NCBI GenBank assembly: GCA_964234715.1
Contig: OZ174276.1
Origin: Podarcis melisellensis
Taxonomy: Eukaryota
Reading direction: 5' to 3' (one strand)
DNA length: 64,000 bases
Shown piece after piece: positions 1 through 11,955 of the stretch. The notes beneath the pieces were generated by a model. It was not told where the DNA came from, did no database searches, and saw nothing but the letters and a program-made list of their open reading frames with translations. Position 1 is the first letter of the stretch; each line of letters starts with the position of its first letter. The position numbers and the translations under genes were made by a program.

Positions 1-730
1 TTTTGTGTCACCTGGGCAAGCAGCCCGGTGAGATATTATGTCATAGCAGCTGTTGCTGTGGGGGATGGAATACAGTTATCATCAAAGCAATCCTGAAAGG
101 CATCCCATATGTCATTACATTTTTATTCAGTGTTCATTTGTATAAATTTCAAAGGCTCCAGGAATATCAGTTCTAGGAGCTTTGCTTTCTGGGTCATCAA
201 TGCTGTGTAGAAAGAGTCAGATTTCCAAGCCTGTGAAATCAGCAACTCAAGCTGTGCATAGAATCCAAGCCATGTGCCCCTTATTCTGGAGAAGCCACAG
301 AACCAGAATATGATCAGTGTCAACTGAATGCCTACAAATGTGCCAGTAGGGGCTATTGCGAGGTTAAAGCTGTGCTTGATGTCTTTCTCAAAACCCATAC
401 ATTTCTTTGTGGCTCAGATACTTATGTTAGATTAGGATCTACTTCCCCAAAAGGATAGACATCAGAGTAAATTCATTTGATCAATTGGGAAAAGGACTGG
501 CAAATTTATTATTTGTAGAGCTAAAGTGTTTTATCCCACACTTCAGTCGAAAAAGGAGTCCAACATAGCAAGTCATGAGGCAAAAAGCATTTTACAAGTA
601 AGCTTCCCTAATTGCTTCTTTACCTATCTGTAGGAAAGCATGGAGCCCACTTTGAAACACAGAATGATTAGAAAACCTCATTCAACAGCCAAAAAAAGAG
701 AAAAGTTTTTGACTATCTGTAAGTAACACA

Positions 731-890
731 CCGCAGTTCAGAAAATACATGGACAAATTGGAAAGATTTGGGGAGGGGGAGCTACCAGGAAAAAAATAGC
801 TAGAATTCAAACTATAGAAAGAACAGCTGAATAACCTCGGAATATTCAGCTCATAAAACAAATTACAGACTCGCTTCAGAAACTAAAGGG
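731..890 (+). mobile_element. Degenerate CR1 LINE ORF2 C-terminal fragment
   Basis: Translates with frameshifts to PQFRKYMDKLER..RGATR...EQLNNLGIFS, matching the CR1 motif PQFKKDIDKLERVQRRATKM..EERLKELGMFS. Confidence 0.65.
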
Positions 891-2140
891 ATAAGAAGCT
901 GTATGCCTCCATGGGCAGTATCTATTTCATGTCAAGTCTATTGGCACATAAATATGCAATAGGCAGGAAGTCTTCATGCCCCTTCATAAACCTTTAATTA
1001 GCCCTTGACAAATTGGCACTTTCAAATATTTAACAGGATGTCAGGAAGAAATGGGTGCCTTATGTGCTGAAGAAAGGAATATAGATAATATAGAAGGCAA
1101 GTGTCAAAGGGGCCCTTAAGTGGTAGGACCTCCAGCTCACACAAATGCCTAAGTACTGCCAATTCTCTCTCACACCAAACCAGCTTCAGCCCCACAGGTC
1201 ATATTCTGCAACGTTCTAGAGAAGCCCTGGCTTTCCAAGAACCCAAACGGCTTCAGAAGTAAAGAAATGACAGGAAATCTCTGATATGCAAGTGGAACAC
1301 CATTCACATGCACCTGGATTCAACCCACTGCAAATGTTTGGAAGAATTTCCTCTCCTCACTACCTTTCAGCAAAGGAACAGGCTCCCCAATTAGGTTCTG
1401 GAATATCCCTTTTTGTTGGTTTTCGAATGATCCCTGGCAGTATCAGAGAAGTTTGGGGAAGAAGACATCCTGTCATGGAGCAGAATTTGGCCTCTATGTC
1501 CAGCTGGGCTTTCTCGCAATGCTGTGATATTATCGCTGGCCTGACTTCATCCTTCCCTGCTCTCTTATGCTCCATTGAGTTCCCTGGAGAGCCTCCTTGT
1601 CACAAAGCAGGAAGCAAGGACCGGAAACTTGGCAAGAAAATTCTCCCTTCACAGGAGTGATAGGAAGCATCATAAGTGCCAACAATTCTTGTAAAACTGC
1701 TTAATAGCACTGAAGCTTGGGGGTGGGTGAGGACACAGTGCTGGCTGTCAGGAGACAATCCAGAAATGAGATGAAAAACACCAAAATTAGTGTCCAAACA
1801 CCAGAAACAAAACAGTAGTTTGGCCCCAAACCAATCTCAAGATAGCTCACTCTATCCCTGTTCAGGGAGAGAATGACGAGCTCACCAGTTGGGCACCAAA
1901 GGAGATATGTCTCCCTGCCCACTGACGTCATCACTGACCTTTCTGAGAATAAATGTCTACCTCATTATTTTAAAGGGAAGACCAGTTTCTGGCTGGCTTA
2001 AACAAGCTGTGCAGATAGGGAAGCTACGTGGATTCATATTTCATTGGCCTGAATCCAAAAGGTCAGCCGCACAACATATGGAGCATCCCGTTCGAGGGCT
2101 TAATATTGTGAATGAGTTGTTCTGGTACCACAAATGGGTT

Positions 2141-2242
2141 ATAGAACTGTAGAGTTGGAAGGGACCCCAAGGGTCATCTAGTCCAACTCCCTGCCATGTA
2201 GGTGTCACAGTTAAAGAATCCCTGACAGATGGTCATCCAATC
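2141..2242 (-). mobile_element. CR1 LINE 3' terminal fragment
   Basis: atagaactgtagagttggaagggacccc..atctagtccaac is the reverse complement of the sauropsid CR1 3' end (ggtcccttccaactctac..ttctat). Confidence 0.75.
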
Positions 2243-3037
2243 ATCATTCGGTGAATAACATCATGCAGATGCTTTGTTAAAAAAACACCCTGAGCAAGCA
2301 AAGCATAGGTATTCCATGCTAAGTGCCTAGTCTGTATGTTATACTCCAGGATGACAATCTTGTACGAAAATGTGCACTACACAAAACTTTTAATGGCATT
2401 AAGATGCAGAGCCTGCTGTTGGGGAACAGAGTTAATATATGGATTGCAGTGGTTCCCTCTTAAGTGCCACTCACTGTGCTTTGGTGCCAAACTTGCAAGG
2501 GCCAAGAGGTTGGAACATCGACAGGCCTAGACAGGAGAATGGGACAAGCTGCCATCCCTTGATATCCGTTTCCCTGTCATCTGTGTTATGCAAGGGCCTC
2601 AGAAATAATTAGCAACTCATTATAAACATTTCCTGTGGCGCAGACTAGACGTCTGACTCACAGAACTCTTCTTGCAGGCATTCAATGTATTCCCTCAGCC
2701 AAGCCATCATTTTTTTATTGTGACGGAGGGAAGCAAGGCCCACCCTCACCTTTCCCTTCAAGCCAGGTTGAGAGGCCTTGGCTCACATGAAAACAAATAA
2801 AGCATTAAAATCAGAGAACAAAGGCAAGGCCCAGTGCCAAAAATTACTGTAAACAGCATCTTTCCTTTCCCTCCCTCCAGTTACTGAGCATGTTGAGCAA
2901 TTCTCTTGCTATCCCAGAGAGGTCCACTGCTATCTCAGGGCCTGCTCTTGTGACTGCACTTGGATTGCTTTATCTTCAGGTTCTGGGAGCGTCCAATGGT
3001 TTTTCTTCAGATGATAACTAGATAAATACTTTCAGCT

Positions 3038-3174
3038 CAGGGATATAGCCAATGTGGTACCCTCCAAACATTGTGGACTACAGCTCTCATCAGCCTTTGT
3101 TAGCATGGTCAATGATCAGGGATGATGAGAGCTGTAGCCCACAAACTCTGGAAGGCATTGTGTTGGTTACCTGG
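3038..3174. mobile_element. Palindromic hAT-type MITE, degenerate copy of the ~135-bp squamate family
   Basis: Arms ggactacagctctcatc / gatgagagctgtagccc; same core as the TSD-flanked copy at 50819-50954. Confidence 0.7.
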
Positions 3175-4714
3175 CTTTAGTACATCAAAGGGAGTTTCAC
3201 TGTGTCTGCCTTAAAACATTTCCCCACGGCACCAGGGGCAGCTATGGCAAACAATCACTAGAGAATGAGCCAACATTTCTGAGGACATCAGAAGAGGCTT
3301 ATCTTGCAACCTGCCTATCCCATTAGTTTTCATGAGAAGAGCAGGATCCACAGCTGCTTTTCACAGTTCTTCAAAAGCAAGGGATGGATTCAGAATAAAA
3401 GCTCTGGGCTTGCTACAGACATAAGGAGGAGTCGGTGCATGTCCTCCTGAAGGTCTGATCAACAGAGAGATGCTGTGAGACGCACATCAGCCATGCTCCC
3501 TCCAGGTGGGCCAAATCAAAGAAACTCTTCTCTTCAAGGTTCTGTCTACAGACTCTTAAGAGCATGTTCATCTTGATATTCATATTTAACAATACAGCGT
3601 TTGTCATACTCATAAAGCAGTAATTTTAAAAATTGATTCACTGTAACTTATGAAACATATCTGTTTCCAAGCCGTCAGTCACCAACTCACCTTTAATTAT
3701 GATTTTTATTTTCTGCTGTTGTATCAGGTTTCTTGAATAGTCAACGAGAACCACAGAGAATATATCGAGTACAGATTATTTGATTAACAAATAACATGCC
3801 TTTCGGTGCTAGTCTGAATATATTAGAACACCTGCTTAGCATAGTGTTTGTTACATAAACAAATATGGATTGGACAAAGCCTTCTTTTATGCAATTTCCC
3901 TATAAATGTCTGTTTTAATAGTTGCATTGGTATGCAATACAACCTCGGGGGGGGGGGGAGAGATGAAAACAAGGATGTCAGCCACAGATGCTCGCATTTT
4001 CATGATTTCAAATCACCTTTTGGGTGGTGTTTCTGTTGCCAGATCAGCCCCTAGATAGGAGGGCTGACAAATGTCCCAGATTCTAATAGTCTGTCTCACT
4101 GTTCAAGCTCCAGGCTCCTTGCAGCTAAAGAGGGGAGGTTGCTTTTCAAATCCCACTTCATGTTCTGCACAATCAATATTATTTACTTAATTAATTAATT
4201 AATTGACAGCCTACCTGCATTCTGTGGCCACTAAGCATGCTCAGTCTGTCCACATTACTTGGTTTCCCCCCTAAAGTTGTTGTTGTTGCTGCTGCTGCTG
4301 CACTTCTCCAAACTTTGGAGTTCACCTGAGCATGCAGATTCCCCTTGGAGAACTGAAATCGCTAATAGTATTAGTCTATATGATGATGGTCCTACAAACT
4401 GGGTCCTTGGATGACTAACCATATTTTTTGGTATTATAAAAAGTCTTTTGTAGCTAATAGAAATAATGTATTTTTAACTATTTTCATTTAGATCGGTACG
4501 TGTTTCCCCATTTGTGTCTCCCCACCCTGAGACACTAGCAGATTGTTTGCATTTTGTAAATGCATGCAGGAATGTAAAAGGTGGCATAAATATACCGTAA
4601 GTCTTACTTATGAAATGTTAAGAAACTACATGTAAACAAACATTTATGAGTGCATGATTAATTAAAAATGCTTCCTTGACCTTCTCCCACCTGCTGATGC
4701 ACTGAGGCCAACAC

Positions 4715-4751
4715 TACACTGGAAGGCTAGCAGTACACTGGAAGGCTGGCA
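4715..4751. repeat. 19-bp tandem duplication
   Basis: tacactggaaggctagcag followed by tacactggaaggctggca. Confidence 0.85.
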
Positions 4752-5197
4752 TGTACTTTAACAGGGATAGCTAAGTCTTCATAAAAGCAATTGTTGTGCA
4801 TACCAGTTTAGTAGTTTATGGATCCTACTAAAGGGCTGCCATCTTGGCATTTCCACCAATCCCAAGAAAGTCAGTTGCACTACTCTGGCCCAAGTGCCTT
4901 GATGACTGCAGCTGAAATTATCTTGCCACTTCCTGTCACTTTATGGTTTAATCACAGGTTGATAATTAGCTAGAAAGCACCTGCCATACAGCAACAGTGA
5001 GCACAAAAGGATTGGAAGACCTTGGAACAGTTAAATTAGAGTGCATGCGTCTGATAAAGCAGAACATATTAGAGTTTGCCAAACCTGCAATTTAGACATC
5101 TGTTGCTGTCATCATAGTCCTACATATGGAGGCACAAAGATTTAAGATGGGTGCAGACCATGAGATAAGTTGTTTAAACCTGGTAAAACACTGTTTC

Positions 5198-5273
<76 letters not shown>

Positions 5274-5274
5274 A
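5198..5274. repeat. (AAAG)n microsatellite
   Basis: Long pure AAAG run; produces the KKER-repeat artefact ORFs. Confidence 0.98.
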
Positions 5275-5566
5275 GCTAGCTTGGAAGGGACCTTCAAAAT
5301 CACAATTCGTCCTCTGAATTCCTTAAGTATAAGCCACCCTGGCAGATACTCAGTTTATTGAGTTCTTATAATTCCTGCTTCCCAATCTTCTAGGGATATA
5401 TTCATTGAAATTCCTGAAATCTAGTTTACCCATCCTGAGACAGAGCATGCTAACCCACTTTCTCTATCTTACCATATTGTAGAGAAACATATCAAATTAT
5501 GTTGAAATCAGAAGGTATATACCGTATTCCTCTATCCATTAATCCAGTTTCACCATAAAAGAAATC

Positions 5567-5991
5567 TAAGTGGTGGGAGAATATGTCAGTTTAAATTGCT
5601 CTCAATTTCTCATTTTTTCCAATTTTATGTGCTGTTCTCCATATTTCTACATCAGTCTTCCTTTTTTGGTCATGAAAATATTTCAGCATTTTTAGACAAA
5701 TTTATATATTACTATACACCTTTTTCTATGTACTTTTGCCCACTATACACATTTTTACAAAGCAATTTCCCTAATTTGATGCATTTGTGTGTGCCAATAT
5801 CTGCATTTATATGTGGATTTTACCAAAGTATATCCATTTTTGTACATATTAGTTGCTGGATGACTGTATTGCAAAATTCAGAGAATTGTGAATATGTAAG
5901 TGTGTTTTGGTTCATGCATTGTATCAGAAAATGTAAATTCTGCAGCTTTGCCTTCAAATGTAAATTGAATCAAATTGATCACCTTTCCCTA
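5567..5991 (+). mobile_element. AT-rich hAT MITE with TAGGGATG-type termini (copy 1 of 4)
   Basis: Internal similarity to 26707-27137 and 28821-29204 (tttgccttcaaatg..aatcaaatt..cccta end); left terminus degenerate. Confidence 0.7.
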
Positions 5992-5994
5992 GTA

Positions 5995-6250
5995 CAGGGA
6001 TGGGTAACCTCAGACCAAGGGACACAATGCAGCAATCCAGACCACCTCTCTCTAGCCCACATTCCTCTCCCTAAGCCGCATCTACAACTTGGCACTCTTC
6101 TTCTGGCTGTTATTGTTGTTGTTTTGCCTGGCTGAAATAAGTCATTGAACTGTGTTAATACCTCTTGCTTGCCTGGTTAGAGGCAGGAGAGTGGCATGTG
6201 TTTAAGAAACTGTTTTTGTGTGGCTAAAATGTAACCTATGGTCCAATGAT
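5995..6250 (+). mobile_element. Degenerate hAT-like MITE fragment
   Basis: Starts cagggatgggtaacc; internal ttttgcctggctgaaat..cttgcctgg is shared with ~57340-57400. Confidence 0.5.
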
Positions 6251-6476
6251 ATAATATTTGAATACTCTAGCTTTCCAGCACCAGCAGAGATAACAAACAA
6301 CAGTAACAATCCAAAATATCAATGCAAGAGAGTCTAGCTGTTCAGACACCTGCAATGAGAGCATAGAGTATATCTGTAAAGTTCAGCAACTTTATGTGCA
6401 AAATATCCACAATTGTTTAAATGACTAATTAATAAGGTGGGAAGGAACAATAAAAGAACATTTGAATTATTACATT

Positions 6477-6606
6477 ACATAAAAGCCTTAAAAGGGCCCT
6501 GCTAGATCAGGCCAAAGGCTTATCTGGTCCAGCAACATATTCTCAAAATGGCCGACCAGAAGCCTATGGGATCGGAAGCCTGCAAGCAGGACCTGAGCAC
6601 AACAGC
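6477..6606 (-). mobile_element. CR1 LINE 3' end (second family)
   Basis: ctgctagatcaggccaaaggc..ggtccagca..ggccgaccaga is the reverse complement of the copies at 13890 and 45135. Confidence 0.7.
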
Positions 6607-6840
6607 AGCTTGCTCATTTTTCCACTCACTGTTGTCTTTGGTTTTGCCTACCACTGGCTTGTGGCATACCCAGAAGGATTTGCTCGTGAAGGATGCAATC
6701 TTCAGGCTGAAGAAAGGTCCCCTGTTCCAGACTGGAAACAGTTTAATTTACCTTTTAAACAGAAACTTTACTTTACCTTTGGCTCTTAAAAAAAGCAGGT
6801 ATTTCATAACTTGTAAAGCTATGGTGTGGTGTAGTATATC

Positions 6841-7018
6841 CAGGACCAGCCCACCCATGAGGTGAGATGAAGTGACAGGATCCACAGGGGCAACAGATCT
6901 CAATGCTGATATTTCTTTCCCCCTCCCTTGTTCCTATTGTAGATCTTCAGTCCTTGGCAGGGAGGGGGTGCCATTGTGTGGTTTGTCTCGGGGACCAAAA
7001 TGTCTTGGGCTGGCCCTG
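6841..7018. mobile_element. hAT MITE
   Basis: TIRs caggaccagccca / tgggctggccctg; flanks agtatatc / agtattca (decayed 8-bp TSD). Confidence 0.7.
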
Positions 7019-7435
7019 AGTATTCAACATCCTTCTCTTGCAGGTGTGTAAAGCTCCTGCATGTTCTTCTTATTTAATTAAATTTGTCAGTCACTTGTTG
7101 CACAAAAATGGTCTCCAAGTGACTTACAAGTAAAATACATTATAATAGCATGTAGCACCTCCAGAAGTCATGTGGCACATTTACGCAGAAACAAATATTA
7201 TTGTACTAGTGATCACGTTTACCTCCTATTTAGACCCCTTCACTCAGCAGCACTGTGGCATGGGGTGCATAAATCTAGAACTAATTTGGGGAAATGCAAC
7301 TGTGAATGCAAAATTCTTTGGATTCCACTTTAATTCTAATTGTCAACAACTAGTTGCATGCAGCAGTCCTGATTGGAGACGGGAATTCTCAAAACATAAA
7401 AGGGACATAGTAACAGCTTCATGGGGTGGGGGGAG

Positions 7436-7608
7436 ACATTGGAAGCTGGCTTATTGATTCAGCCAGCACTGTCAATATAGGCTGGCAGTGCCTCACAAGG
7501 ATATAAGATAGTGATTTCTCCCAGCCCTGTCTGGAGCTGCCAGATACTGAACCTGGGACATTCGGTGTGTAAATCAGATACTCCACCAGCTAAGTTACAT
7601 CCCTTCCC
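7436..7608 (-). mobile_element. tRNA-derived SINE (Squam2-like), decayed
   Basis: Minus strand reads gggaagggatgtaacttagctggtggag..gtcccaggttcagtatc (A/B box remnants); body shared with 29925 and 40856. Confidence 0.6.
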
Positions 7609-7658
7609 CAAACTAGTACAAATTAGCATCATGATGCAGGCGCTGGATTAAGTAAACA

Positions 7659-7854
7659 TAGGGCTGCCATGCTGGCATTTCAAATTGAAGTCTGGGTGAA
7701 ATTTCCTAACGCCGGTGCTTTGTCCTAGATCTTTAGCAAGTCAATGGAAAATTCCTGTTCTTTTCTTTTGTCGTAAAAAAAGCTCAAAAACTTTTGAGTT
7801 CCTCAACAATTTTGGGGTGTCCTGGTTTTTACTTTTTGAAATATGGCACCCCTA
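7659..7854. mobile_element. hAT (Blackjack/MER53-like termini) MITE
   Basis: TIRs tagggctgccat / atggcaccccta; duplicated flank gtaaaca on both sides; related to 10218-10427. Confidence 0.8.
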
Positions 7855-9867
7855 GTAAACATCTACATTGCAGAATGTGGTACAGATGTATAGTTAGCTC
7901 ATAATGTTTCAATTGCAGTAGTGACAGGGGAATGTGACTTCTTAACTTGTTATTGGGAGATCTTGTATATCTCATGAAAAGACACACAAAAATGAATGGC
8001 CATAAATTCTGGATTCGAAGCTTGTTCCTATTTTTCTTTATTGCACATAAATACCTAATAAAAGCTGGCCAGCTTAGGATCAGTACAGCAGCATGAGGAG
8101 AAATGAGACAATGGTTTACTTGGCTAGGTTAGGCATAGTCGTAACTCATTAGCCTACAGAATTTTACAAGAGGTCAGTTGTAGAGTGTGCATAATGTTTT
8201 TTTGACCAAGCTATTCCACAACATAAATCACAGAGAAGAATTGAAAAGTTATGGGAGTTTCGCAAGACCATTGGAACATCAGCTTCCATGGTTTGTCATT
8301 TACTGTAGGAAATACCAGTAGAATATCAGGTTTGTTTCAGATCTACCTGCAGATCTTTATTCATGACATGTTCTCCTTAATGTCTCGTGCCACATTCTTG
8401 ACAAAACTGCGTACAACTTAAGTGGCAACAATCCAACAAGGATCCTGTAAGCCATCATTTAGGATCACTCCTCTGCAGACACAGACACGTTTTATATCCT
8501 CTGACGAAATACATTTTGCTGTCGAATAATCTGATGATATTTTGACCTGCTGCACTGAGTGACTAGCCAGGGCCAGACTACCAATTAGCTAAACACAGAC
8601 CTGCGTCTCAGTCTGCAGATGAGGAGGTGATACATCACTCCTTTTCTGCCAATTATTTTAAATTTATTTAACTAAATTTATGTAGCACTCAGTTGTAGTA
8701 AAACCTTGAAGTGGTTTACAAGAAATATTAAAATTATCAATAAAAAGTAGCTAAAACCATTAAAGCTAATTAAAATTAGCAATACATGAAATACATACAT
8801 CTATGTGTAATAGACAATAATCTGCCCAGCTCTGCAGTGGCTATATGTGAAAGTAACAGAGAGGAGAAGGTTTGGAGTTACAAGGCAGAATGATCAGCTT
8901 CTGCAGTGTAAAATCAAATTAGATTGTTTTTAGTTTAAGTGCAATGTCAAAGATCATAGTTCAGCCTATAATTCAATGCCGTAGCAACCAAAGTCGTTTT
9001 ATGCCAATTTAAATATTTCCACGCTATCTATTTTACTTTTTAGGAGAAAGTATATAACGTGCTTGCGGTTATGCTTACTTTTGCTTTGTAATAACTGGAG
9101 GCAATAACATGTCCAAGCAGCTGATAGAAATCACTCCTACTGCTGACAACTTCTTATTGCATCAGGAAACATACCCGTTTTTCCAAAGAGTCCTGATGTT
9201 GAAAGGAAGGCATGAGGATAATGTAAGGAAGGGAAAAGGCTTATAGGCGAGATCACAGGAAAAGTATGTTCCTGCTCCAACCTTCATAGATTTGGGAACA
9301 TAACTGCAGCATCTGAACAGGAAAGGGATTTGGGGATTTCTGTGGAAAAAAATGCCTGATTGGTGTAATCTGTAATATCAAGACAATACATTCCACCCGT
9401 TCGTGTCTACTGTGCTTCCTGTCCGCAGTGGCATGCTAGGATTGGGAACAGACTCTGCTTCTCTAAAGGAAGCCTCTTAAAGTATGGAAGGGAAGAGTCA
9501 TCTGCATGTTTTTAACATTCGTTTTAAGATTATTTATTCCCTCAGCTGCTACAATTCAGAGATGCACTCTCTGTACCATTTTGTCTGGGACCCTTGGCAA
9601 AAATAAGAGATAAACAGACTCTCAATGTCAAATCAGAGGAACAGAGCAACCCTTGAGAAGTAAAGGCATGTTTACAGTGAGGGAAGATGAAGAAATGTGT
9701 ACTTAATCCTTGTTAATTTTGCCGTTCTCCTGCTGGGGAGCTAGAACCTGGTTTGCGCAATGCTTTTGACAGCATTCTTAACTCACAGTCATGGAAATGA
9801 AGAGTGTGGTGCATGAGCTGTAGAGTGACCATGTGTCCTCCTTTAGTGAGGGCAATCCTCTCCATTT

Positions 9868-9992
9868 CAGGGAAAGCAGACATGGTGCCCTCCAGATGTT
9901 GTTGGACTAGAATTCCCATCAGCCCCTTGTAGCATGGCAAATTATCAGGGAGGATGGGAGTTGTAGTTTAGCAAATCTGAGGGCAACACAGT
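9868..9992. mobile_element. Palindromic hAT-type MITE
   Basis: ccctccagatgttgttggactagaattcccatc..gatgggagttgtagt family core. Confidence 0.75.
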
Positions 9993-10038
9993 GGCTCGAG
10001 ATTAAGAGTCTTGTGCTCTACTGAGTGAGCTATCTGCC
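9993..10038 (-). pseudogene. tRNA-Lys(CTT)-derived fragment or SINE head, internally deleted
   Basis: Minus strand gatagctcactcagtagagcacaagactcttaatctc-gagcc versus tRNA-Lys gctagctcagtcggtagagcatgagactcttaatctc(agggtcgtgggttc)gagcc. Confidence 0.7.
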
Positions 10039-10217
10039 AAAACCCCCCAACAATTTATAGACAGCAAAAGCTATAAAACCCAGGCAGCTAGAGACCATCT
10101 CATTTTTCATTAAAAAGCATTATGGAAGAGGATTGTTTTAGTTGACACCAGAAAGGAGAGCAAAGAGAGTCAGGTACAGTTTCAAAGTCTGCGGGCTGCT
10201 GTAGAGAAGGCCTCAAC

Positions 10218-10427
10218 TAGGGTTGCCATACATCTGGAATTTCCCGGCGTTGGAAATAGTGTCTGGCGGAAATTGCTGAAACATCTGAGGAAATTCAGAC
10301 ATACAGCAATAATTTTTCGTGTTTTTTCTTAAAAATAGCTCAAAAATATCATTTTTGCACTAATAATAAAAAAGCTCAACAATTTGGGCAAAACTAATTT
10401 TCACTTTTCTGAAATATGGTAACCCTA
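10218..10427. mobile_element. hAT (Blackjack/MER53-like termini) MITE
   Basis: TIRs tagggttgccata / tatggtaacccta; flanks gcctcaac / gccctgac (decayed 8-bp TSD). Confidence 0.8.
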
Positions 10428-10491
10428 GCCCTGACCAACATACAATTTGATTGCTAGAAATATGATGAGGCAGAAGAAGTAATTCCAACTA

Positions 10492-10717
10492 CAGTGGTAC
10501 CTCGGGTTATAGACGCTTCAGGTTACAGACTCCACTAACCCAGAAATAGTACCTCAGGTTAAGAACTTTGCTTCAGGATGAGAACAGAAATCGTGCTCTG
10601 ACAGCGCGGCGGCAGTGGGAGGCCCCATTAGCTAGAGTGGTACCTCAGGTTAAGAACAGTTTCAGGTTAAGAATGGACCTCCAGAACGAATTAAGTTCTT
10701 AACCCGAGGTACCACTG
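10492..10717 (+). mobile_element. Tc1/mariner (pogo/Tigger-like) MITE, 226 bp, young
   Basis: Perfect 18-bp TIR CAGTGGTACCTCGGGTTA; TA TSD at 10490-10491 and 10718-10719; second copy at 63474. Confidence 0.95.
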
Positions 10718-11579
10718 TATTGTTCTTAAAAAAGTACTTGAATTTAATCTAGAATGTATCCTAAAGTAAGGTCTTTGCACCTTGCTCTACCTAATTCCTG
10801 AAAAGAAAAGAAAAACAAACAAAAACAAATCTAGAATGGCACTCTGACTGTGAATCAGCTTTTGCACTATGTACCCTGAGGGGATTGTGTCATGCTTTCT
10901 GCCCTTTGCACGGCTTTTCTCTGTAATATCTCACTGTCATTGTCTGATCACAACTAAGATGCTTCCCCACCACTGCCCACCCAATACATACATTTCAAAC
11001 AGCTCTGCTTAAAGAACAGAGAGCAGAGGGTACATGACTTTTGCAACATGAATGATTTTTGTAATAACAGACATTTGCTTAAGCGAAGTTTTCTGAGGCC
11101 TGGAGAGCTTTCCTAGTCCTTACTCTTAATGGCCTCAAATTAGACATTGATGTTGGGAGGCATTTAGAGAAAAGAAAAGCAAGTGCAGAATACGAGCACG
11201 GCTCAGATACATTCTCCACAAAGTGTTTCGTTTTGATTTGCAATGAGTTGCCCACAGTCAGACCAGACCTTTTATTAAAAGCCATTTTTTTTTACAATGT
11301 TGATTATTTTAATTGCCCTCATTACAGACAACGAGCACTTAAAAACTTTAAAAGCATTTCTCTCCATCTCCTGGCTTTTATTCATTCCCATTTACAAAAG
11401 ACATAATGGTAAACACTTTTAAAATGTTAGAGATAAGCTCCCAATTTTGGAACGGAACGGAACGGGCCTCTGAAGTGCTCTAGTGCTGAGCAAGTAATCC
11501 ACAAGTTTAGGAGTCAAAAAAAGAATCAAGCAGAGATTTAAAAATGTCTGAAACTGTTTTTCGAGGGGAATTGTTGTAG

Positions 11580-11712
11580 AAGAGGGATGAGGAAATTCTG
11601 GCCTCAATTTTGCTGGACTACAACTTCCATCATCCTCGACCATTGGTCAAACTGGCTGAGTCTGACTTGTGTGGGAGATCTACAGGATTGGGAGGGTCAC
11701 AGATTCCATCTG
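11580..11712. mobile_element. Palindromic hAT-type MITE, degenerate
   Basis: gctggactacaacttccatcatcctcgaccattggtca family core. Confidence 0.65.
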
Positions 11713-11919
11713 TACACTGCAGCCATCTATTATGCATAGGCAGTTGCCCCATGCCGAAAATGGCCACCATTATAATGACATCTTGAGTTGTATTGTTTTC
11801 TGTGGTATTCAGGACCAGCCACAGCTGAAGAGATATGCCAAGATAGTTGTGTTACTGGTCAATCTGTAAAGTGAGGCTAAACCAGCAATCAACAGCAATC
11901 TCTAAGTTGTTCCAACATG

Positions 11920-11921
<2 letters not shown>

Positions 11922-11951
<30 letters not shown>
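11922..11951. repeat. (GT)n microsatellite
   Basis: Direct observation. Confidence 0.97.

Positions 11952-11955
<4 letters not shown>

Noticed and set aside
1286-2152. Cluster of overlapping ORFs, considered as host exons or a DIRS recombinase
   Set aside because: No recognisable motifs in any frame I read and no consistent splice-site pairs.
5126-5361. KKER-repeat ORFs
   Set aside because: Translation artefact of the (AAAG)n microsatellite.
5596-6135. 179-aa hydrophobic ORF
   Set aside because: Runs through two adjacent MITEs; T-rich composition explains the peptide and other family copies lack the frame.
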